Positions 1 to 11,405 of a DNA stretch of 33,098 nt are shown here, in pieces. Within the stretch, counting starts at the first letter, position 1, and each line of letters starts with the position of its first letter. This stretch comes from Sphaeroforma arctica JP610. Its lineage: Eukaryota. The stretch lies in NCBI RefSeq assembly GCF_001186125.1, contig NW_014040211.1:52155-85252 (forward strand), written 5' to 3'. The translations under genes and the position numbers were made by a program. The notes beneath the pieces were generated by a model. The model saw only the letters and a list, made by a program, of their open reading frames with translations. It was not told the origin of the DNA and did not search any database.

Positions 1-17
1 TATATATTATATAACAT

Positions 18-217
18 TGTTGGTTAGTCGCCATGGCTACTGCATACCTTTGTGCGCTTGTTTGATGCGTTGGCCTGGTCGTTGTGGTGCAGCCGATATA
101 CATATATATATATATATACATATATATATTTATAAAAAAGTTTGTTGGTTAGCGCCATGGCTACTGCATACCTTTGTGCGCTTGTTTGATGCGTTGGCCT
201 GGTCGTTGTGGTGCAGC
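18..217. repeat. Direct duplication of the 3' end and donor site of a Homer-like exon
   Basis: 18-93 matches 143-217 apart from a 1-nt indel; the copies are separated by a TA tract. Confidence 0.85.
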
Positions 218-3200
218 AGAGTGCGTCGCCACTCCTCGACGAGTATTACATTCTGCGGTACAGGTGCAACAGAACAGTGAGTCAGCTGTGCATGGTTGAA
301 AGGCCAGTCCACCTACCCGTGCTACTACAAAAGGTGTAGCCGACTACGTATTGTATGGCGGTTGGTCGTAGGCAATGTGTTTGAAGGACGGTAACTCGTG
401 TGCTAATGAACGATATTTCGATGAATGTTCGTCGGCATCGGACTTTGCTAAAACCCTGTTCACTGAGACTGCGAGGCCAAATATGTGAGAACGTCTGTTG
501 ATTACGCTAGCCATTTTTTAAGTGTGCTTGATAATGCGCTGATGCACAACCAAGATAGAACCGAGATGTGCTTTACATAACAACCAAGATGTGCTTTACA
601 TAGCAACCAAGATATGCTTTACATAGCAACCAAGATGTGCCTCGCAGAGCAACTTTGTCCTTGTTCACGAGGACAGATCTCAACCAGGACTACAACAAAA
701 GTACGTCCCGATACGGCAGTCAACGTGCACGTGTAGTACTAAATGCCCTACTTCTCAAGCTCACAGTACAATCCTCATCAGTTTCCATATAGCTGAAAAG
801 TTTCTACTGTTTGTTTGACGATGCAACCGACACACAGACATTGCTACGCAAACCTTGACATGACACGGTGCGCACAAGAAGTTCAGAACACACAGTGCGG
901 CAAATGAATGCCCATAGCTGTGCGTACAGACCTGTTGCAACATCTCCCGTAGCTTTGCGTTGCAAGTCCTGGCGTTCTCGAGTGTTGACTCCCATTCCAG
1001 CGCATTACCTCTGCACTTTACCAACGCTCCGCGTAGTTTCTGGTTCTGCATCCGTGTGCGGTGTGTTTGGGTTAAGGGTTTAGCGTTTAAGGGTTCCGCA
1101 TCCCTCGGCGGTGTGTTTGGGTTCAGCACATCAAGATTTTTTGCGCTCAGGGTAACATACTTACAACAGTCCGGAATTAGATTTAACACCAGGAGCGCTA
1201 CTTTACTTTACTTTTGCGTTGTCATATACGGGCATACGCTGCAACAATACATGCGGACATTGGGAAGTATGGAGGTGAAAATATGTCCAACTTCTCGATA
1301 TCCGCACAACACACTTCCTTATAACACATACTTTGAGGTCTTATATGACTATACGACGCACAAAGCGAGATCCACCTGTTGAATATAACCGCGATACAAT
1401 CTACATATAGTACGCTAAGATCATCAGTGTACACAGTCTACGGGCCGTGCCACACACCTCGTCCAGAAGGCCCCTGTGCTCGTACTTCATCATCCGAATG
1501 TCGTATGTATCGTTCTTTGCCAAACTGTACGATTGTAGGCTGTAGTCACTCGCCTGACAGAGAGAAACAAACACACCACGAGCTATGAGAGATGTGACTT
1601 TATGGCGGACATGGCACATGATAGATAGAGGATGTTCGATGATTGCGCTCATACACAGGCCACAGAAGCCATGCTCGAGAGCTGTGGGCCAATCAGTACG
1701 GGCCGCTCACAACGCCCAACCCGACACCAACTATCCAAGACAACTGAATCCGTTAAATCACGAACGCGTTCCTTCGCAGATTCTGACGTTTCATTCAGGC
1801 CAGTCAGCACGTCAATGGTGGACGTGGCACTGTCTGTGATCTTGTAAACACTTGTCACTATAACACCACGCAAACACAGGCGGAAATGCATACATGTATC
1901 GATCTGCGTATGTGCAAATAGAATGACATGTCAGAAGGTTGGACGTGCGGTCGATGGTGGATCACTAGTGCCGTTCCAAATCATAGTTGCACTCAGACGC
2001 AACACAGCGCACGCGTCGTTCGCAAAACCAGTGGCACTGTCATCTTTATCAATGCTAGCGAAGTCTCTGTCACTCGTAAATGCAAGGTTGCGTTAGTGTA
2101 GAGTAGCGATCTCATAAAGGTGTAAAGGCCGCGAAATCAACAAAGTAATTTGCAAGCGATACAAAGTCACAATCGAATGAACAGCACGCATACTTATGAG
2201 CGAATGACACTAACCAGTGCGCACGAGATCTAATCAACTTCGGGTACATACGCGAGCGTACTACTGAAACCCGGTCTCTTGAAAGAAAGGCTTATATAAG
2301 CCAAGACCTTCGGGTACTGTTCAAGTTCGAACCAGTATATATCGACGTACGCAGTAGCGTATATCGTAGTTCACAAACTTAAATAACACAACTCAAAACA
2401 CACAACGGTGGGAGTCGCTCCCACATCGAGATCGTGAGCAGTTTCCGACTAGTCTAGCCTGTCTTCCGTTTACGTCTGCGGCTATCTTAAAGAGTGGCAG
2501 GTACTTACCGATGAGTTTGATATCATCGACAGCTCTCGTCCACGACCGGTCGACGAAGTGTCACCTGTATGTGCAGTTGTGTGCGGTGTTGAAGGGATTG
2601 GGGACCAAAGCCAGGTCCAATATATGTGTTGAATCATTGCATGCANNNNNNNNNNNNNNNNNNNNNNNNNNNNNNNNNNNNNNNNNNNNNNNNNNNNNNN
2701 NNNNNNNNNNNNNNNNNNNNNNNNNNNNNNNNNNNNNNNNNNNNNNNNNNNNNNNNNNNNNNNNNNNNNNNNNNNNNNNNNNNNNNNNNNNNNNNNNNNN
2801 NNNNNNNNNNNNNNNNNNNNNNNNNNNNNNNNNNNNNNNNNNNNNNNNNNNNNNNNNNNNNNNNNNNNNNNNNNNNNNNNNNNNNNNNNNNNNNNNNNNN
2901 NNNNNNNNNNNNNNNNNNNNNNNNNNNNNNNNNNNNNNNNNNNNNNNNNNNNNNNNNNNNNNNNNNNNNNNNNNNNNNNNNNNNNNNNNNNNNNNNNNNN
3001 NNNNNNNNNNNNNNNNNNNNNNNNNNNNNNNNNNNNNNNNNNNNNNNNNNNNNNNNNNNNNNNNNNNNNNNNNNNNNNNNNNNNTGGCTGATAACGACCC
3101 CACAGAGTATGGTGACATACCACGTTGAATCATATAGTGCCGATCTATACACACACAGCAGTCCACTTACAATCTTTGCTGAGGTGCGTGGCTGCCGACT

Positions 3201-5975
3201 CCACACCCGCATCAACACGCACAAACATGATCGGAAACAGCCCAATGTGCTTTGTACCAGTCCGTGTGATAGTGCCGCGATACCAACCGTCGAGGATCGT
3301 GTGCACAACTGTCGTATGAAAAAGAACACGTGCAGAATGTAAGATATGACGCGAATAACCCTCCGAGGTGATTGACAATAGACTTGTTGCGTTCAAGCAA
3401 TAGCGAGGAAGTCTGTACATTACAAATTTCGTGTAGTATCCAAATGGAGGCTTTCCTAATCTGTGCGGAAGCGTCAGAGCTAGCTGTCAGGTTTCGTGTG
3501 CATATCGGTAGCACATTCACGACCGTGGCGATTACACTATAACTGTGTGAAAGGTGCACCTGGGGTATGCTCGAATGGACAGGTAGTAGAGTTATGTAAT
3601 ACACCAGTTGTATGGTAAGGTGACCCATATGCTTAGGTCAACTTCCGTGATGGCATGAGTTATGTACATACACCTATTGTATAGTAAGGTGACCCATATG
3701 CTTAGGTCAACTCCCGTGATGGCGTGAGTAATGCACATACACCTATTGTATGGTAAGGTGGCCCATATGCTTAAATTAACTCCCGTGATGGTGTGAGTTA
3801 TGCACATACACCTACTGTATGGTAAGGTGGCCCATATGCTTAGGTCAACACCCGTGATGGCGTGAGTTATGTACATACACCAATTGTATAGTAAGGTGGC
3901 CCATATGCTTAGGTCAACACCCGTGATGGCGTGAGTTATATGTACATACATCAATTGTATAGTAAGGTGACCCATATGCTTAGGTCAACATCCGTGATGG
4001 CGTGAGTTGTGTACATACGCCAATTGTATAGTAAGGTGACCCATATGCTTAGGTCAACTCCCGTGAGTGCGTGGAGAACTCATTCGTCCGATGTTGTGAT
4101 AGCCTTGAGATAGCAAGCACTCGTGAACATCTAGCGTTCTCCATCGTAACTCTTGAATTAGTCGATACTGCACTCCACAATTGTGTATAGAATCGACCAG
4201 TTAGTCGTATCCGTATGCTTTATCCATGCTATGCATGACTCGTTAGTATAAATAAGCATTCAGCATAGCATGTAGAGATAAAGTATACTGCTGCGTGAAG
4301 ATCGCTGAATATTCAATGACTGCATGGACTATAAGCTACGCTCTGCTGATGGATGTGACCTATGGTTCCGGAGCAGCTAGGTGCGTAAGAAATTCAAAAA
4401 AAAAACTCCCCCCCTCCCAACAGGGTTAGGCATACCGCTAAATATATAGTTATTGTTATGGATTGTTTACTTGATAACAAGTACCGTCAAATATTTCCGA
4501 CTACACTGTTTGTCTCACCTGGTACCCTTCCCTGAATGGGCCACAATTGAAAACACACGTAGTCACTGCGACTGCAATGGCTTAATCACATTCCTGTTTT
4601 GGGGGTAACGCTAGACACTCTCAGTTACAAAGCCCCACATACCTTCTCGAACTGCTTCTCCTTTCACGAGATCGATTTGTAAATCATTTGTCGCTGTGAA
4701 GTCGAATAGAACCTCGGCAGTTCCCCCATCCATATTAAGTAATTCAAGCGCCACAGCTCGTTGGTACAGATCTGAAAACTATGCAACACAACGAGTAAGC
4801 CATGTCTTGGATGAGTCTATGCAAGAGAATAAAGAATAAAAACGTTTGTTTGTTGGCCACACAGTATCGCACCAGTGTCAGTAATTATTCATCCTTCGTC
4901 AAGAGGCTAATAAGGCACTATTGTTTGTGTATCTCAAATGAAAACATATTGATATATGTTCAAAAACATNNNNNNNNNNNNNNNNNNNNNNNNNNNNNNN
5001 NNNNNNNNNNNNNNNNNNNNNNNNNNNNNNNNNNNNNNNNNNNNNNNNNNNNNNNNNNNNNNNNNNNNNNNNNNNNNNNNNNNNNNNNNNNNNNNNNNNN
5101 NNNNNNNNNNNNNNNNNNNNNNNNNNNNNNNNNNNNNNNNNNNNNNNNNNNNNNNNNNNNNNNNNNNNNNNNNNNNNNNNNNNNNNNNNNNNNNNNNNNN
5201 NNNNNNNNNNNNNNNNNNNNNNNNNNNNNNNNNNNNNNNNNNNNNNNNNNNNNNNNNNNNNNNNNNNNNNNNNNNNNNNNNNNNNNNNNNNNNNNNNNNN
5301 NNNNNNNNNNNNNNNNNNNNNNNNNNNNNNNNNNNNNNNNNNNNNNNNNNNNNNNNNNNNNNNNNNNNNNNNNNNNNNNNNNNNNNNNNNNNNNNNNNNN
5401 NNNNNNNNNNNNNNNNNNNNNNNNNNNNNNNNNNNNNNNNNNNNNNNNNNNNNNNNNNNNNNNNNNNNNNNNNNNNNNNNNNNNNNNNNNNNNNNNNNNN
5501 NNNNNNNNNNNNNNNNNNNNNNNNNNNNNNNNNNNNNNNNNNNNNNNNNNNNNNNNNNNNNNNNNNNNNNNNNNNNNNNNNNNNNNNNNNNNNTGCGTGT
5601 AAGTGTGTATGTGAGTGTGAGTGTGAGTGTGCGAGTGATTATGAGAGTGAGTGTTTGTGTAAACATTCTCACCTTCTCGCAGTCAGCTTTTTCGACAAAG
5701 TTGAGCCCCACCGTGCTGTTCTCCTGTAAGTTCTCGAAGCAAGCAAACTTTTCACTAGGTACTTCAATATTTCCATTACTAGATACTCGACAGCTTAGTA
5801 CAGATTCACCAGTGGTGGGATCGTCTGCATACACGCGTGTAAGGCCGCTTTTGACCTCGTAGTATAAGCCCACTCGCACCACATCGTCGATAACAGGCAA
5901 CCACTGATCGTTATCCGTGTCTACTTTATGGACTTGAGCTAGTGCTGTTGTGAGTGTGATAGAGATTACATCCAT
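172..5975 (-). CDS. Homer: Homer-like scaffold protein, EVH1 + SH3 + coiled coil; spliced, 3'-incomplete (continues beyond window start)
   Basis: Phase-consistent GT-AG exons 5975-5673, 4778-4643, 3308-3171, 2564-2509, 1553-1458, 1045-932, 252-172 (308 codons; extra exons may lie in N gaps or at 1600-2400). Exons 1-2 read as EVH1 (AQVHKVDTDNDQWLP...SEKFACF...TVGLNFVEKADCEK|FSDLYQRA). Exons 2-3 read as SH3 (AEVLFDFTATNDLQIDLVKGEAVRE|VVHTILDGWYRG...IGLFPIMFV). The last exons (LLDE|NQKLRGALVKCRGNALEWESTLENARTCNAKLREMLQQ|NVILVEEWRRTL) keep register with the Homer coiled coil (N..L..AL.....NA..WE..L......N.KL...L.ES.ANV..W...L). Confidence 0.8.
564..640. repeat. 23-bp tandem repeat, about 3.3 copies, intronic
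   Basis: Unit agatgtgctttacatagcaacca. Confidence 0.85.
3589..4066. repeat. 69-bp minisatellite, 7 copies, in the intron that splits the SH3 domain
   Basis: Units start at about 3589, 3657, 3726, 3795, 3864, 3933 and 4004; consensus gagttatgtacatacacctattgtatagtaaggtgacccatatgcttaggtcaactcccgtgatggcgt. Confidence 0.95.
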
Positions 5976-6546
5976 GTTGTATATACTTGACAGTTCATGA
6001 ATACTTTTTAGTACGTGATTCAAACTCCATTTGCTTGCGGCTGGATCCCACTATGGTGCGGTTTGTTGCGCTATATTATGACTTTCCGTGTTCTGCAGCC
6101 TAGCCACGCCACTTGCTTGATCTGCAAAGAAAGCTGTAGGATTGTATTCCACATATAGTTCGGTTATATAAAAATTTTAATCGTGAGCTTTAACCTTTGC
6201 ATGCCCTGAGTGACTACTCTCTCGCCACTTTTTAGTAGCCATCGGCGATACGAGTATATGTTCTACCCTCTCTCTCTGGGGGACTATGTACTAGTTGACA
6301 AAAAACTGTCTTAAATAGTGCGAAAATCATTTAGTACGGTAATTGTAAAACGTACTGGATCCGAAAACTTGATTTAGTAGAAATCACGGAATGGAATAAA
6401 AGCATCAATGGCACATTAATACTTTTTCGTGCAGCGCTTATCAGCGCATCTATCAGGAACAAATTTTCCACACGTCATAAATAATAGGAAAAAAAAGAGC
6501 GCCTTTGCAAAATTATTTTGAAATGCTTTTTATTTTATTTTTTAAA

Positions 6547-6578
6547 CATAGCCTCCTAAAAAGAACAAGGAGGCTATG
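6547..6578. other. Perfect 11-bp hairpin in an AT-rich island
   Basis: catagcctcct / aggaggctatg with a 10-nt loop; a degenerate copy lies near 6848-6877. Confidence 0.7.
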
Positions 6579-7618
6579 GCTTCAAAAAATACTATTGTTT
6601 TTAAAAACAAATTTAAAAAAAAACATTCTGGAAGCAATGTAAATAAATACATACCTACATATATATTTTTTTAAATTGAACATCTTTGTTTGTTTTTAAA
6701 AAAATATAACAACTTTATTTATACTGAAGGAAATCAGGAATGGGAAGAAGGGAGGGGGGGGCTTGCTTCAATTTCAAACTTCAAATTATTGGAGCCTAGT
6801 AAAAATACAATTTTACACGGAATTTGGAGACAGTCCGTGGGATAATACATAGCCCTAAATTGAACAAGAAGACTATGCCTATGGATAAAATGGGAAAAAG
6901 CATACAGAAACGAGAAAACAAAAAATCGAAATATATTTTTCTATAAAAAACATCAAGTTTTTTTTCAACGAGGGCGAACAAAGTACAGGGATCTTGCGAC
7001 TTGCAACTTACATAAGGAAAATATCATATATTGGAAAAAATAAAAAATAAATAGACTGCGTCCTATTCAAAAAACTGAAAACATGCGTGGCAACATTTTT
7101 TGTCCAGAGGTGCTATAAGTGGACATATATCATCCCAAAGAGTATAGGAGCAACATACTTTGATTCCAAGAATGTCTGATAGGTGTGAACGGACCTATAT
7201 AGTGCTCATGTTTGGCTGGTTTGATCCAACTCTGGTACAAACCAAATTCTCTGTAACTTTTGAATCAATAGTCCGATCGGGATGAGATTAAGCATATGTT
7301 TATTACTCGTCAATGCGAACAATTTGAACTATTTAATGACCATTTGTTTTAGTCAACTTCCATAGTAAAATCCCCGCTGGTCTTGAGGTTTATATGTGAA
7401 CTGATTTTCTCTAATTTATTGATTGTTGAGAACAGGAATGTCCATGCACAAATTTTTTTTTTGGATTTCTCTTTTTTATATTTTTTATATTTTTTATATT
7501 CGTATTTTTTGCCAACAAACTCTCTATCCGCACCGACAGTCGACAACTCGACTTCTTGTCTAATTTTCAGAAGGCTATGGTCGATTACACTTGATATTAA
7601 AACTACACACTATATGAG

Positions 7619-7693
7619 ATTACAACCACACACTACACGAGATTAGTATTACAACCACACACTACACGAGATTAGTATTACAACCACACACTA
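7619..7693. repeat. 29-bp tandem repeat, about 2.6 copies, upstream of TM-RGS copy 1
   Basis: Unit attacaaccacacactacacgagattagt. Confidence 0.9.
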
Positions 7694-7812
7694 TACGAAT
7701 TTGATGGGCGAATAACGCCTCCACACCAGTTATATAACAAAAACAAATATCTTCTCATTATTTTAAAATACCAGCTATCACATAAACCTGATTGTATATA
7801 CTGTGATCAGAT

Positions 7813-9547
7813 ATGAAGAAGAATAGTGATCAAGTGAATGAGGTACCCGTAGATGCTGTCGTATTGGGACCAAATGAGTCGTCTTCCTCTTACGACAAAC
7901 TGCCCAAGAATAATCGGCTACACGCAGTGATCTCCTGTAGCGCAAATGAAAGAAAAGCTCTCTCGCAGGTACAGGATGCCTCCTTCTGGAAGGAAGCACA
8001 CGAGCCAAGGCGAACTGTGATAAAGAGAAACTGTGTCATACTGCTTTTCTTCTACGTACCGATCATCGGCTTGTATGTCGGGGGGCATTATCTGGCCAAG
8101 TTCTTGGCAGTGAAGCCTCCATTAAGTTGGATGCGATGGGAACCAACCAAAAACGACATGATCATCACTACTCGGTCGTCGCAGGATTCACCATGCTATT
8201 GTCTGCGGTAACGCTCATGACAATTTACAAGTACAAAAATACGCCGATCATTATGAGTAAGCTACCATCATTCACAGCACATATTAGCTTCTGCCTGTTG
8301 GTAATACCTCCGCTCACTTATGTCGCAAACATGGTGACAACACACTATACAGTCGAAAATAGCTATGTGCGTTTCATACAAGCATAAGAGCTGATGTTAG
8401 CAGGACAAGTATGGGCTGTCCTGGGTAACAGGATGGCGATTATGTATCTGGTACTGGCTAAAGGAACCTTTATTCCAAGCTACAAACTGTTTTTAGACAA
8501 ATCTATATCAATGTCGATAATATTTCAAGTGACACCTTACATCAATACTAACACAGTTTCATTCCCCAAGTACACGGATATGATCAAATGGTGTACCGTT
8601 ACATATGTGGTAGTCACCCTGATCGAGATGACCTGGTATACAGTGAAATTGCGCGGGGGTTTTATAAAGCTATTCGCAGACTACGAAAATGTAGTTCGGA
8701 TGATGGTTATGCAAGCAGTGATCCTAGTTGTATCTATTTGCATATTCCAATTTGAAAAGAAAGGTAGGGCGTTCTACAGATTCAACTCGTCATTGGTTCT
8801 CGTCTGGCAGCTGGTGTTCGAAATGTATGGAGCTCTTGTGTGGAATGATATTGTACGTGCCTGCGGACTTGATGGACTTTTAATCAACGAGAATACACTG
8901 GTTAGTCTAACATACGATTTGATAGATCCGCGTGGGGGACTTGATTTGCTGATGCAGGACGAAGAACTTTACCCCATATTGTTGGCCACAGCCCGTAGAA
9001 GATACATGGACGAAAATTTCAGGTTCATAAAAGATGTTAGGCAGCTTAAAACCGAATTGGAGGCACAGCCCAATCTACCGAAAAGCAAACCGGAATCGAA
9101 AGAAAACGGTTACGATTTTAGGCTTACTTTAAGAGTGCTGGATACCTATATTATATCTTGCGCGCCTTCTCCAGTAAATCTGCCTTCGAAGATTTTAGAA
9201 CCGTTGCGTGCAAAAAGAAAACAAGTCGCAGAACAATCAGCTTTAATGAGCCAGGTGAAGAGTGAGATGCAACACCTCCTATAGGCAGCATACTCAGAAA
9301 CTGCACTACTGATACATCAGTCGCAAGTATTAAGTATTTTCTCTAAGGATGCTGAGGTGTGCGCCATATTGAAGCGGAGAATCGATAGGTTAAATACATT
9401 ATGTGGAACTGATGCAAGATTAGTTGAACCACCACAAAAAAACTTGTGACATCGAAGATAATAGCAATCTTTATAGCGTCTGTGATGTGTCTCGGAAGAT
9501 CGATTGTTCGAGCACGGTTGCAATCTAGCTATAAACACAGCATCTAG
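7813..9547 (+). pseudogene. Intronless multi-TM receptor-RGS fusion (7TM-RGS-like), copy 1, disrupted
   Basis: ORFs 7813-8211, 8127-8387 and 8394-9284 join into one protein collinear with copy 3. About 8 hydrophobic segments precede RGS motifs (LDLLMQD...MDENFRF...DTYIISCAPSPVNLPSKI). Lesions: 1-nt deletion near 8167, TAA 8385-8387, TAG 9282-9284 (Trp in copy 3), A-run frameshift near 9440. Confidence 0.85.
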
Positions 9548-11405
9548 TATCGAATCCACGTTTCCGTCAAAATTACTGTATCAAATACAATTCTCTCGGG
9601 TAAATCATATCAGACAACATGGATATGTTTAAAATCTGCATGTTTAGTTCCGCGTAACTTAGATCAAATATGTCAATTCTTCATTATTCAGGGAACTCAG
9701 AACTGTGCTATCAGATGTGCTCCACAGCCATTGCTATGACAACCGCATTCATGAGTCAGGCTATATTATCTCCACAGGTGATTGTACACTCAGGACGCAA
9801 CTGAATTAGGTTATCGTATAATTGTATTTCTCACATAACGTTTGCATTATTTAGGATTTTGGTTCATCTCAATACGCGATTGCTTGAAACCCAACTCGCT
9901 TACTATCCAGGTAAGCAAAGATATGCAACCAAAGATACCCCAAGTGGTAGTGGTGACCCTACATCATTGTTATGACAGATACATTCCCCAAGTACACTGA
10001 TCTAATCAAGTTGTATACCGTTGCATGTGTGTTAAATCACTTTGATCGAGATGACCTGATTTACAGTGAAAATGCGTAGGGGGTTCATAAAGCTATTCGT
10101 AGACTATGAAAATCTCGTTCGGATGTTGGGTATGCAAGCAGTGATACTGGTTGTATCTGTTTGCATATTCCCATTTGAGAAGAACGATAGGGCGTTCTAC
10201 AGATTCAACTCGTCAATAGTTCTCGTCTGGCAGCTAGTCTTCGAAATGTTTGGAGACCTTGTATGGAATGAGATTGCACATGCCTGCCGACTTGATAGAA
10301 TTTCATTCAATGTGATACTCTGATCAGTCTGGCATATGATTTTATTGATCTGCGTCGGCGACTTGACTTGCTGATGCAGGACGAAGCACTTTACCTCATA
10401 TTGTTGGGCACAGCCCGTAGAATATAAAGGACGAAAGCTTCAGGTTCATGAAAGATGCAGCTTAAACTTGAATTGGACACTGCACAGTTCAATATGTCGA
10501 CAAGCAAACAGGAATCGAAAGGTAACGGTGACATTAGTAGTCGAACTTGGGGAGTGCGGGATGGACTATATTATGACTGCGCGCCTTGTCCAGTAAATCT
10601 GCCCTCGAAAATTTTATGACCGTTGCACGCAATGAGAAAACAAGTGGCGCAACAATCAGCTCCAGTGAGCCAGGTGGAGAGTGAAATGCAAAACCTCTTA
10701 TGAGCAGCATACTCAAAACGAAGTACTGATACATCAGTCGCAAGTATTGAGTATTTCGTCCAAAGATGCTGAGGTGTGCGCCGTATTGAAGGGGAGAATA
10801 AATGGGTCAGATACAATATGTGGCACTGATGCAAGATTAATTGCACCACAACAGAGGACTTGTGAATTAGTAGCAGATGAAAACAATCTTGATAGCGTCT
10901 ATGACGTGTCCCTTATGACCAACTGTTCGAGCACAGTTAATTCTAGCTATGAAGGCACAGGTATTTAGTATTGAATCCACATTTTTGTCAAACATTCAAT
11001 TTATGCTTGAGACACCAAACTGTTTCAAATGCATTCCTCTCGGGTAAAATTTATTAGACAACATGGATATGTTTAAAAGCTGCATGTTAAGTTTCACATA
11101 GCATATATCGATGATATATCAATTGTTCAACAATCAGGGACTGCGCTACCAGATGTGCTCCACAGCCATTGCTATGACAGCCGCACTCACAAGTCAGCTT
11201 TCGATTATCAGCTTACTAATTTCTCCAAAGGTGATCGTACATTCTGTACGCAACTGAATTGGGTCAATATATATTTGTACGTCTCACAAAATGTTACACT
11301 GTTTAGGATTTTGCTTCACCTTAATGCGCGATTGCTCAAAACCCAACACGATTACTATCTAGATGATCACAGATAGGCAACCAAAGAGCCGCCAAGCGGT
11401 AGTGG
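8530..11405 (+). repeat. Diverged tandem duplication of about 1.43 kb (about 8530-9952 and 9953-11405)
   Basis: Similarity continues about 400 nt past the stop (gacaacatggatatgtttaaaa; cagatgtgctccacagccattgctatgaca; acgcaactgaatt) to caag(t/c)ggtagtgg. Confidence 0.85.
9953..10968 (+). pseudogene. 5'-truncated tandem duplicate of the TM-RGS gene, copy 2
   Basis: Collinear with about 8530-9547 (e.g. cattccccaagtacac, GFIKLFVDYEN, RAFYRFNSS, LIHQSQVLS, CGTDARL), with several stops and frameshifts. Confidence 0.9.

Noticed and set aside
1649..1891. Additional Homer linker exon starting at 1840 (ITDSATSTIDV...)
   Set aside because: The acceptor is plausible, but I found no convincing phase-0 donor and the model closes without it.
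172..3308. DOCK180-family N-terminus (SH3 GWYRG plus later EWR..LL)
   Set aside because: The upstream EVH1 and the ungapped register with the Homer coiled coil explain the sequence better.
3589..4066. CRISPR array, or the 127-aa repeat ORF at 3592-3975
   Set aside because: Units are contiguous with no unique spacers, no cas genes are present, and the context is a eukaryotic intron; the ORF arises from the 69-nt period.
2482..5729. Long ORFs spanning N runs (also near 19412-20055, 21581-22474 and 25062-25701)
   Set aside because: Their length comes from assembly gaps; only the exon portions listed in the features are supported.
6547..6600. Helitron 3' end or intrinsic terminator
   Set aside because: There is no CTRR at the expected distance, and bacterial terminators do not apply in this eukaryotic locus.
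7349..7600. LINE endonuclease remnant (DHSLLKI resembling the SDH motif)
   Set aside because: It is a single short motif with no other endonuclease or RT motifs readable nearby.
8160..9450. Alternative genetic code or programmed frameshifting in the TM-RGS genes
   Set aside because: Lesions differ between copies and involve all three stop codons plus indels, while neighbouring genes end in standard TGA or TAA.
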